Positions 1 through 15,971 of a stretch of DNA of 64,000 bases are shown here, in pieces. The number at the start of each line of letters is the position of its first letter. The first letter of the stretch is position 1. Below the pieces are notes generated by a model. That model saw only the letters and a program-made list of their open reading frames with translations. It made no database searches and was not told the origin of the DNA. The position numbers were made by a program, and so were the translations under genes. Origin of the DNA: Macrostomum lignano (lineage: Eukaryota); assembly GCA_002269645.1 (NCBI GenBank), contig NIVC01001037.1, positions 62,001-126,000 of the forward strand, written 5' to 3'.

Positions 1-260
1 GGTAGGGCGTGGCCGTGGTTTTTTAATCCGTAAAATTCCACCCCAAATGACCTTGAGAGATTCCCCTGTCACTTTAAACCATACTACATGTACATTTATG
101 CTGTTTTGCTATGGAAAATTCCATGGATGTTGAATGACCTTGAGACAGTCTCTGTCATAGTGATCATAGACAGCTTCTGACTGTCTCAGCTCTTAGTGTG
201 CATTTTATATACAAATCATTCCTTTAAAGACAGATGAAGGTTTCAAGTGAGGAGTCTCAC

Positions 261-4403
<4,143 letters not shown>

Positions 4404-4635
4404 TTCGGGAAGCAAGTTTTTCTAAAATCTGCTTCCCACCTTTCAGTTGAACGTCTGTTGAAACCTGGAGCAGTTGTGCCGTGTTGTTTGTGTCTACCTG
4501 GACTGGTTACTGACAGACAAGTGCTAAGATTGCAGCTCCCCTACTCAAACCGGGCGCACTTATTAAATGCAGGTGCATTCATTGGATTGGAACTCAGAGG
4601 CCGGAAGGGGCGAGCGGGTCTTTTCTTAGAAACGG

Positions 4636-4645
4636 CCATAAATGG
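4636..4645. promoter_or_regulatory. CArG-box match (CCATAAATGG) upstream of the furin ATG
   Basis: Exact CC(A/T)6GG in a GC-rich island 230 nt upstream of the ATG; function untested. Confidence 0.3.
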
Positions 4646-4889
4646 AATGCGAAATAAAGCGCGACGAGATTTTGTTTGACGACAACTGCTGCCAGTCAGG
4701 ACGTGGTGGCTTAGCGCTTCAGCAGTCAGCGCCGCTGTCTCCTGGGTGGCGGCTGCCAGCCAATCCTGGCTGGGGGCGGGGGCTCTCCGCCTCTCTGCCT
4801 CTCTCCTTTTTCTCACCTGACTCCGTCTCCTGCCTTCTTCTCATCCTCTACTCGGCTGCTGATGCCGAAATCTCCCCTCATGCCTCTCT

Positions 4890-5175
4890 CAATTTCCTCT
4901 TTTTCTCTCTCCCTCTCTACTCTCCCTCTCTACCCCCTGTCTACTCTCCCCTATCTATTCTCCTATCTCTCTCCCTATCTACTCTCCCTCTTTGCTCTCC
5001 CTCTCCTCTCTTTACCTCTAGCCCTATTTCTCTACCCTCCCTCTCTACTCTCCGTCTCTGCTCTCTCTATCTCTCTCCCTCTCTAGTCCCCATCTACTCT
5101 CCCTCTACCTCTTTCCCTCTACTTCAAGTACCACTATAAATTTTAAACTCTTCTCTCAACTCTCCCTCTCTCTGC
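4890..5175. repeat. CT-rich low-complexity tract
   Basis: Degenerate CTCTA/CTCCC repeats. Confidence 0.85.
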
Positions 5176-6389
5176 CTTGCTGTTATACTGTCCTTCTGTC
5201 CTGCGCACTATGTGACCATCGGGAGAATCGAGTGTGCACCTTCAATAATCGATTCGATACCGGAAGTGGCAGTGCAGTGCTTTATGGTGGAATTGGGGGA
5301 GTTTTGGGCCACCGTAGCAATCTTGTTGGGATCAGCACAGACTAGAGATTTATATGCATAAAACCCGTGATTCAAGGCAAAGGTATGCTGCATATTCATG
5401 CCGAAACCTGCTAGTGATCCTATGCAACTGGGCATTAAAGTTGAGCTTGGAGCATAAAACTCCAACGGTTTTGCAGTGAAGCATTTTAGGGTACATTGAA
5501 TCCAATGAGTTTGGTATGCCTTTATTGGAATCTGTTTGATCAGCTTTTCCATGAATTTTCAGCGTTACAAAAATAATAACTGTATGGACTGTGTTGCTAG
5601 CTGCAGTCTACATGCCTGCAGTCGACGAGGAAAGATCGTATAACTTTAAAAAAATTTTGTACCAGCTAGACTTTTCTTTTTTGGTAGTCAAATAAGACTT
5701 CATCGATACACACAAGTTTTCATGTTACATTGTTACTGTGCATGCATCCATTGAAGTCGCGCCAAACAATAACAGAAATAAATCGATATCAAGAAGCTCG
5801 ATCAATCTGGATCGAGAGGTTCTATTAGCCGATAGAGAAAAGTTTGCATGCAAGTTCGACGTACCGTTTACATGTACACAAGCAGGTATATGTTTTATGT
5901 TCACGTAAATACATGTAAATATGTACGTACAGCAAGTATAGTTTACATGTACATGTACGAGTATTTAAAGCTCAGTAGTTTCAAAAATTACAATGTTAAA
6001 ACTTAAAACTACTAACTATCATACTTTGCTGAATTCGAAACGTTGCCTTTTCATTTTTTTTGTTTGCCAAGCACATGGACGTGTGTGGCAATGCACTGTA
6101 AAACGCTGCAATACGCGCGCGTGTACATGTAAAGTGTATTAATAAAGTCTTGCTTCGGATTTTTTAAGCATACATGTATAAGAGCAAGCTAGTGTAAAAG
6201 ACCTAAAAAAAATTAAACTCCGCGTGAATTATTGCTGAATCCCACCGGTGCTACACCAAATTTAAAAGGTTCAAAATTATATAAACTTGAATCAATTGCT
6301 AACTCTGGTTCGAGTCGAATTACTAATGAGTAGCATCTCGCGGACAAGCGATATAACACTAGGCGGAATTTGGCTAAGTCTCGCCCGTC

Positions 6390-6483
6390 CTAGAATTCCC
6401 TTGGGCTATTTGTCTCTCTAGGATTCTAGATTTCCGCTGAGCTATTTGTCTCTCTAGGACTCTAGATTTCCGCTGGGCTATTT
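6390..6483. repeat. 36-bp tandem repeat, about 2.6 copies
   Basis: CTAGATTTCCGCTGRGCTATTTGTCTCTCTAGGAYT starting at 6390, 6426 and 6462. Confidence 0.85.
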
Positions 6484-7689
6484 GCATATATTAGTAATCC
6501 TATTTCGTTATTAGTTATTTTGACATTATTACGTATACATGTATGTAATCCAAGGAGCCCTATCACACTAAGGACCACTGTAAATTAGTATAACTGTGTA
6601 ACTAAATGTTATAACTGTAGTATAATGTATTATGAGAGCTTAACTGTACACTTTAGGTGTATGAACTTACTGCACTTCAAAAGAATATTTAATTATTAAA
6701 CATACATGAAACACAATTCGCTCGTGTCTACAGCTTGCTTTTAACTTTTATGCAAATTTAGCTGTAAAGCATACCTTTTCACAGTGTCAATTTCCAATAA
6801 CTAGAAAAATCTAGTACAGTACGGCAACAGCACAGTCTCAGAGCGATTGTCTCTGCTCCGCGCGCGCAGTATTCTCCGTGAAAAGTTCCGTTTGGTCATA
6901 ATAGCCGAAAAATGTTTTTATAAGCCCCACAGTTTCCTACCAAACATAGATTCGTTACAAAATAATATGTTAAGTTGGCATTCTTGACTATAATCTAAGT
7001 TTTCCGAGAAAAATCTTGTTCGAGATCTCGAAAAGGGTAAAAATTAGCGCAAAATGCATTACTTGATTTTCTAGCAAAAGCCGGAGAGAATAGAAACAAA
7101 GAAAACTTTTTTTCGGTGAAAAAAATATTGAAGGCAAAATATTTTATTAAGTAGCAGCATTTTATTCTAGTTTATTAAAATTTACTGTGCTACATTATTT
7201 TTTATTTTGTATCATTAATTGCTCACACAATCGTCGTGTTACATCACGAGCTGTAATTGGCCTTGATGCGAACTGGTTTCGCATGACCTTATGTGAACGT
7301 GACTAAAAGTACTCTAGGTTCGGACGGTTGGACCCTACATTACCTTAAAAAAACCGAATTCTGTTAGCATTATTGTGATATTGGCATTGTCTACATACAT
7401 TGTCTACATATATACAAAATGTACAGTTGGATTGCATATGCTTATAAAATTAAAAATTAAAATATGGTAATAATCAGTCCTATCGTTGCGATCTTTACAT
7501 CTAAAACAAAAAATTGTAGGCCTAGCTGCTTAGTCCTGGCTAGAGTGCATCATGCTTGCAGCTTGTTTGCATAGGTAGGTCTAGCCATCTAGGTGTAGGT
7601 AGGCCTATCTAAAGCTAGAAATAATAATTTGGCCTAGCCAAGTAGGCCCCTGGCTTAGGCATAGGCAGGATTTTTTATGCAAATAGGCC

Positions 7690-8966
7690 TAGGGTGTAAT
7701 TTACACCCTGAAATTTGGATTTGCACCCACTTTTTTGGCACTGGATGCAACTTGTGCATCTGCATTTTTTGAGATCAAGATGCATGCAAGTCATTTTTTT
7801 AGCAAAAGTTACAAACAAAACATCATGCATAAATATTTGGCAGTGCTTATTTAGCCGGCACCGGTCAAATAAGCGCGTCACTATTTAGCCGGCAGTCCTG
7901 CCCCATTGCCAGTCAAATAAGCGCGTCACTATTTAGCTGGCAGTCCTACCCCAGTCCTACTGCCGGTCAAATAAGCCCGTCACTATTTAGCCAGCAGTCC
8001 TACCCCACTGCCGCGGTCAAATTAATAAGCTATAACCCATTCATCCAAGCGATCCTTGCCCTCTCGTGTGCTACAAACAGTAGGGCCTATACATGTACAG
8101 TATGGCCAGGGCCCACAACTAGGTGGGTGTCTGTCTCCAATTTTCAGGTTTATAGCTCCGCCTCCTACATGTATCTAATTCTGTACCTCCCACATCTATC
8201 CACTGCACTACGTGTTATATATGATATATATGTAAAAGTATTGGAGTAAAATAAGGCCTTTGATGAGTTTATGCGCCGTCGTTTGCTCTGCTTGCCTAGG
8301 CTATATGACTAAAGGCTAGTAGCTACATGTGCATGTCAAGGAATTTAAGTTCACTTGTTTCTAACCGGCCCTCGGGCGAAGATTGAAGCTTCCGCCCGGT
8401 TTTCATTGTTGTTTTCAAGCATTAATATTAAAATTGGAAAAGACACTATATACTCACTGGGGCAAAGGGTGGGGACTTTTCAATGTTGCTAAGTATACTT
8501 TCATGACAAGCAGTGCAGCTATAAAATGTATTAAATGTATTTTGACCAGCGTGGCCATTGGGGGCCAGGATTGCCGGCTAAATAGTGATGGGCTTATTTG
8601 ACCGGCAGTGGGGCAGGACTGCCGGCTAAATAGTGACGGGCTTATTTGACCGGCAGTGGGGCAGGACTGCCGGCTAAATAGTGACGGGCTTATTTGACCG
8701 GCAGTGGGGCAGGACTGCGGGCTAAATAGTGACGAGGTTATTTGACCGGTGCCGGCTAAATAGTAGCGAACTTATTCGGCCGGTGCCGGCTAAATAAGCA
8801 CTGCCTAAATATTTTGTTTCAATACTTTTTTGAATCTTCATTGAATACTTTCCCTAAATTTAGACCTAGATGCAAATGCAAGTTGCATCCTGGTTTTCAT
8901 ATTTGCATCCATTTTTTAAGCTTAAGATGCAAGCTTGCATCCGCATTTTTGGCAGAAAAAACCCTA
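7690..8966. mobile_element. Possible old hAT-like non-autonomous element (outer host of a nested insertion)
   Basis: TAGGGT...ACCCTA termini, 8-bp flanks AATAGGCC/CATAGGCC (7/8 match), ATGCAA/TTGCAT-type motifs in both arms. The TIR is only 6 bp. Confidence 0.45.
7839..8805. mobile_element. Non-autonomous TIR DNA transposon (MITE, hAT-like)
   Basis: Perfect 26-bp TIR GGCAGTGCTTATTTAGCCGGCACCGG (7839-7864 and 8780-8805). Inverted subterminal ~48-bp repeats in both arms. AAATATTT on both flanks (7831-7838 and 8807-8814). No coding region. Confidence 0.8.
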
Positions 8967-11437
8967 CATAGGCCTAATTCATTTTGCATATTAACTTAAC
9001 AGTTGAGGCTAGGCCCTAGGCTTAGTTCTATTTATTAAAATAACTTAGTACAACTTAACTTTTACAAAAGGGAGCCAAGATATTAAAAGTACTCAATTTG
9101 CTCTTAGAAGTTAGAGTATTCCTTTTAATGTGTTTAAATGAATTATAAAAAAATTACTTTGGTTATAGTCAATTCAGTAACAATAGGCCCTAGTAGTTGC
9201 TTTGGTGACATTCATTGTAGTAACAGGTTAGGGCCTTGCCCTATTCAATGCGGCAATTATCAAGTTTTATTTGTAACATTTTGACTCTAAAAATATTTTG
9301 TATCAAATTTGTATCAAAATATTTTAAATACAAATAAATACTTTTAAGAGACTTAAGCCTGATCAAGCACTAATTCTAAGCCTATGCTTCAAAACTTATT
9401 ATAATGTATCTGATACCAGAAAGTTATAATAAGGCAATAGGCCTAGCCTAGTCTATGGCCAAAATGTTTAAACATTTTTTTGACTAATAATAGGCCTATA
9501 CTATAATGTATAAAGCTTTTGCTATTCATTGGCAGTTTGCCTATAGACTAAAATACCTTTTATTTGTTTTTGTTAAGACTTGTTCACCCAGTGAGAAAAA
9601 GGTTGATGGCTCTGTCAATAATATTGTGGTCGTATCGTAGGCAAGCTGCCATCAAGATATATCAAGAAATGCTAGCAGCCTGCCAATGTTTTTCCCACTG
9701 GGAAGCTATAAACAATAAGCTATAGACAATATGACTTTTTAACTTTATATTTAACTTTTGTGCAATTAACCAGTAGCGCACTGAGCTTTTTTCCACACAT
9801 AGTCACTATTGATACCAATATAGCTAAAGTGGCAATATATGCTACTTATTTGCCACTTGATTTATTTTTTGAAAAACTTTTACTGAGCTCACTAAATAGT
9901 CCAAGGAGCTATGCAAAACCATAAGTTGACTATTTTGTTGTAGAAATATGTTGCAACAAAAATGCATGCTACTTCTCTGGTGGCAATTGCTGGTGGCCTG
10001 CCCAGGGCCCATTCTCACTTTCCTACTGGGCATTTGATAATGTTTTGACCATAGACTAGGCCTATTATAGCTTTTCAATGTTATATAAATTATAACAAGT
10101 TTTGAAGCATAGTACTATTAGTGCCTAATTATGTTTGTCTCTTAAAAATAGTTATTTGTACTTAATATAGTTTGTATAATACTTTTTAGAGTCAAAATAA
10201 TTTAACAAATGGAACTTGACAATTGCCCTTAATGTTTATAAATATAATAAGTAAAAAGTAGGCCCACTAGGCCTATTTAAAAAAAGAATGATAAGAGAAT
10301 GATAAAGCATTATTTATTATCATCAAAAGCAACTAAAGCTTAGGCCCTTATAAATATTAGACATTTAGCCTAGTATTCATTATATATTTGATTTAGCCCA
10401 AAGTAATTTATTACCAAAACAGATATTTGATATCAATCATATTGATTAAGGCCTATTTCCAAACTAGGCCTAAATCAACTAATTGTTACCAGAGACAAAA
10501 TAACTGGTTCTTGATTCATTTTTAATGTCTAAAGTATTTATTTAATCTTTAATGGCAATATCAATGACAATGATAATATAATTGTCTTTATTTATAAATA
10601 AATAGCGACTTACATGTGTGTGTTGCCTATAGAAATGGCCAGGTGATTCCCAAGGTTGCACACTTATGTATGCCAGGATATACACTAATGTGTGCTGAAA
10701 AATGATAAGTATCCTTGTTATATGTCAGGAAATCCTAGCATACATGTCACTTTCCAAACTATGGCATATATTATAAAGCTTATTTTTCATAATGAAATAT
10801 TGCTAAGTCATAAAAAGAGATATCCCTAATGGCATCATTTTTTGGTACAAGTATAAATGATATCATTTGAAGGGACTTTACTTAATTATCTTCCAAACAA
10901 TATATTTTAATGGATGACTGCAATTATTAAATTGTATAATTTATGATTTATCCAATATTTATTTTATGGATAATTGATAGATTGGTTATTAGATAAAAAA
11001 ACAAAAAAACTATGCTTAGGAAGATGTGAGTATTATTTTAGATTTGTTCATATTTCTAGTACTACTTAGTAGCTAGCACTTATTAAAAAGAGATTTTTAT
11101 CTTATTATCACATTATAAACATAACATACATGCGCAACTGCTAGTCGACCTGGCCAATACTACCTTAATTCGTGGTGGACCAGGGGTAAGTTGCAAAAAT
11201 GCCCATCCCAAAGAATACAGATATAGTACTAATGTAGTACTAACAAGCTGTCTTTTATTCAATGGGGGGCTCAATGAGGGTCAGCTGACCTCCACACAAA
11301 ATTTTTTAACAATGCTAACAATTGAATGCATTACGAATTCCAGTAAAGGGTGGCAACACCTGTGCTTCAACCGCACCATTTTTCTTAGCTTAGCTGCTAA
11401 GGATAGTCATTAGCCATTGATCAGCTCTATCCAGAGG

Positions 11438-14400
11438 ATGTCTGTCAGCCAGCCATCTAGTAGCAATGAAGATGCGGCCAGTGCGACTGCATCAGCGCAG
11501 CAGAGCTCTGCTGGTCCCAATGCCGGCGCTCCCGTGATGGATGCACCACTGCCTAAAGAGAATCCCTGGCTGAAGAAGATCATTGCCAGCGCCGAGCCTG
11601 GGCCGTCGGTCTTGAAGAAGAAGATGCCGGCCCCTGCTCATGCTCAGCAGCAGCAGCAATACCATCAGCAGAGACAGCAGAGACCTGTCAGGCAGCAGCA
11701 GCCAGCAGCTGAGCACAAGAAGCGTTTAGCCTTCGCCGATCAGCAGGAGTCGGCTGGCTTCAAAGCCAAGACCGCCGCCTCTGCCGCAGCCGCAGCCAGC
11801 GAGGACTGGCCAACGCTGAACCAGTCGTCAGCTTCTAACAACGCTGTTTCTGGCAAAGCCGCAAGCCTCGGCGAAGATCGCGCCAGCAAAAGTAATAAAG
11901 AAAATACCGCTTGGCAACAACTCGATCAAAAACTCGATCATGCTGGCCAAGAGCAGCAAGAAGCGGCTCCAGCAGGCAATGGCAGCTCTGTAATGCCGCC
12001 GCCCCGTCGTCAGCCTGGCCAGCCGATCCGCCCTGCCCGACCGTTCAAACGATTCGCTCGCACCGGGCGTGCAAAACAGCAGCAACAGCAGCACCAGCAG
12101 CTGCGTCAGAATCAGCTGGGTGCCAATAATCAACGCATCGCTCGGATGCACAACTTTCCTAACAACCGCCCGGCTGCTCGCAACGGCGCCTTCAGACGGT
12201 CGCACGGCGGCGGCCTCGGCGACAGCCTGAAGGATATCGAGATTTCTCGATGCGGTCAGTGGCTCAGAATGGAATGATCCCGATTTGGGCGGAGAGGGGG
12301 TCACGGTTAGACAGACAATCAGATAGACAGCCACAGGTAGACAGATTTACAGACACGGGTAGACAGACAAGCAGATAGACCGCCACAGGTAGACAGGTAG
12401 ATTTACAGACACGGGTAGACAGACAAGCAGATAGACCGCCACAGGTAGACAGGTAGATTTACAGACACGGGTAGACAGACAAGCAGATAGACACGGGTAA
12501 ACAGGCAGATTGACAGACAGGTAGACAGGCAGATTGACAGACACAGGTAGGCAGACACGATTTACAGGCAGATTGACAGACACAGGTAGACAGACAGATT
12601 TACAGACAGGTAGGCAGACAGATTTACAGGCAGATAGACAGGCACAGGTTGACAGGCAGATAGACAGGTACAGGTAGACAGGCAGATTGACATACACAGG
12701 TAGACAGGCAGATAGACAGACACAGGTAGATAGGCAGATTTACAGACATAGGTAGACAGGCAGATTTACAGACACAGGTAGATAGGCAGATTTACAGACA
12801 CAGGTAGACAGGCAGATTTACAGACACAGGTAGACAGGCAGATTTACAGACACAGGTAGACAGGCAGATTTACAGACACAGGTAGACAGGCAGATTTACA
12901 GACACAGGTAGACAGGCAGATTTACAGACACAGGTAGACAGGCAGATTTACAGACACAGGTAGACAGGCAGATTTACAGACACAGGTAGACAGGTAGACA
13001 GGCAGATTTACAGACACAGGTAGACAGGTAGACAGGCAGATTTACAGACACAGGTAGACAGGCAGATTTACAGACACAGGTAGACAGTCAGAATAGTAAA
13101 AAGTGGGCAGTGCGATTCCCAAGGTCGCAGATTCTGTACCTGCTATTTGCCCTCGTTCCCTCGCCAGTCGCTTCAACCAAATCGGACGAGAGCGACGACA
13201 ACCCGTACTACTGCCTGCCTTACTACGATGACCAGACCTTGCCGGCTTTCACTGGCAATGCTGTGGCTTCGAATATTACCGAGAACGGATCGCGTCAGCT
13301 GGGCGCCGCGCCTGGCGTGTACAAACCGGCCAATGTGATCGCCGATGGCGCCTTGCCCGGTGAGGCTTTGAGAAATTTAATGCATGGGACTAGCACAGGA
13401 ACCCAGGAAATAGAATAGCAATATTTAGTTATATAGAATAGCAATATTTAGTTGTATAGAATAGCAATATTTAGTTGTATAGAATAGCAATATTTAGTTA
13501 TATAGAATAGCAATATTTAGTTATATAGAATAGCAATATTTAGTTATATAGACTCCATAAGCCTATAGAAATCCGAGCAATACCCAATAAGCCTATAGAA
13601 ACCTGAGCAATACCCAATAAGCCTATAGAAACCTAAGCAATACACAATGAGCCTATAGAAACCTGAGCAATACCCAATGAGCCTATATGAATCTGAGCAT
13701 TACCCAATGAGCCTATGCTACCAGAAATCTGAGCGATTCCCTATGAGAGTTTATAATCATAGAAGATACCTTATGACCTAATTCATACACCTTTGGCGTC
13801 TCAATGCACTTTATAACGGAGCCTCCGTGAACGGATAGCTTGAGTTCGTTTTAACTGTCAAGATATTCTGTGTTTTTTTCTACTACTATTAGTAGTTGGC
13901 ACTGAAACCTGAAGCTCTGTTAACCCTTATGTATTATCTGGCAACTGCAGAGGGCCTGGCCCTGATGTACGCCAGCAGCGGTCACATGCAAGACTTCATG
14001 CCCATCGATGAGCTCGTCGACCCGGTCACGGGCACCAGATCCGTCATAGTTAACGGCTTGTTCTTCTTCCCGGAAAATTTCGACAGCGACGCCATGTGCG
14101 ACGTTGTGTTCACGCAGATTCGCAAGCAGATTGAGTTCTACTTCTCCGATGACAATCTCAATCACGACCTGTTCCTGCGCAGCATCATGGATAGCGAGGG
14201 CTACGTCAGCCTGCAGACGCTAGCGGGTTTCAATCGGGTCAACTATTTGAGCAGCGGCAATATTGAGGATGTGGCCGCTGCTATTGATGCTAGCCAGGAC
14301 CTGGAGCTGAGTCCGGATAGGACCAAGGTGAGGCTTTTGCCCAGCTTAGCGGCTGCTGGGTCAGCGGCTGGGATAAGGTGGGTCACAGTTGCTGATTGTT

Positions 14401-15595
14401 GGGTCAGCAGGTGAGATAAGATGAGTCACAGTCGCTAATCAGTGAGTCAGCAGGTGAGATAAGATGGGTCACAGTCACTGATCAGTGGGTCAGCAGGTGA
14501 GATAAGATGGGTCACAGTCACTGATCAGTGGGTCAGCAGGTGAGATAAGATGGGTCACAGTCACTGATCAGTGGGTCAGCAGGTGAGATAAGATGGGTCA
14601 CAGTCACTGATCAGTGGGTCAGCAGGTGAGATAAGATGGATCACAGTCACTGATCAGTGGGTCAGCAGGTGAGATAAGATGGGTCACAGTCGCTAATCAG
14701 TGAGTCAGCAGGTGAGATAAGATGGGTCACAGTCACTGATCTGTGAGTCAGCAGGTGAGATAAGATGGGTCACAGTCGCTAATCAGTGAGTCAGCAGGTG
14801 AGATGAGATGGGTCACAGTCGCTGATCAGCTGTGGGTCAGCAGGTGAGATAAGATGGGTCACAGTCGCTGATCAGCTGTTGGTCAGCAGGTCTGCCACAA
14901 TTTATGATCAAGTAGAGTCAGAATCAGGTCAGAGTGCTACAGGTGCTGGTACAAGAGATGATTATTATTTAATCGGAGCCGTCAATCAATCGCACTGCCC
15001 GCCTGTCCCAGGTGCGCCGGCGCGACAACCCGCACCTGTGGCCAATCGATCTGGACACGTACGAGCGCGACAAAGTTGATGCCGCTGTGCAGGAGAGCCT
15101 GGAGCAGCAGCTGCTGCAGCAACAGCGGCGGGAAGAGTCTCACGACGAGAATCAGATTGATGATGCCGAGGATCGCAACTATGATGAGGCTGGAGAGATT
15201 CTGGCCCCATCTGCGGCCGAGGTTAACAACAATGACGCGGGCGTTGGAGCCGAGCTGCCAGCTCTGAACATCGATGCTCCGGAGTTCGTGCCCGTGTGGG
15301 GCGGCGCTGCTCAAGGTTTGTTGGTGTCAAAATTTTATTTTCAACCTGTAACTGTCAGTTAAGCAGAGTTGGCAGTGGTTAGTACACTCCGAATGCAGTC
15401 TAGTTGAAGCAATTCATGAACCCTGATTGTTTTTTTATTTCGCTGGTCAATTTTAGTTGCTAGCCGGCCGGAGCCGCAGCAAGAGGAGTTGCCTGCAAAC
15501 GATGCAGCGCAGCATTTCTCGGCCAGTCTGCCTCAGGATATTGGCCGATGTGAGTGAAGATCTGTATCTACTGCTTAGTTAGTCAGTCAGTTAGC

Positions 15596-15629
<34 letters not shown>

Positions 15630-15749
15630 ATCAGTTAGTGAGCTAGTTAGTTAGTTAGCTAGTTGGTTAGTTAGTTGGTTAGTTAGTTAGTTGGTTAGTT
15701 AGTTAGTTGGTTAGTTGGTTAGTTAGTTAGTTGGTTAGTTAGTTAGTTG

Positions 15750-15802
<53 letters not shown>

Positions 15803-15931
15803 CTAGTGAGTTAGTTAGTTAGCTAGTTAGTTAGTTAGTTAGTTAGTCAGTTAGCTAGTTAGTTAGCTAGTGAGTTAGTTAGTTAGTTAGCTAATCAGTT
15901 AGTTAGCTAGTGAGTTAGTTAGTTAGTTAGC

Positions 15932-15971
<40 letters not shown>

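Noticed and set aside
15464-15549. Alternative acceptor at 15463 for LARP1 exon 5
   Set aside because: Ends in phase 0, incompatible with the phase-1 entry to exon 6; 15456 fits
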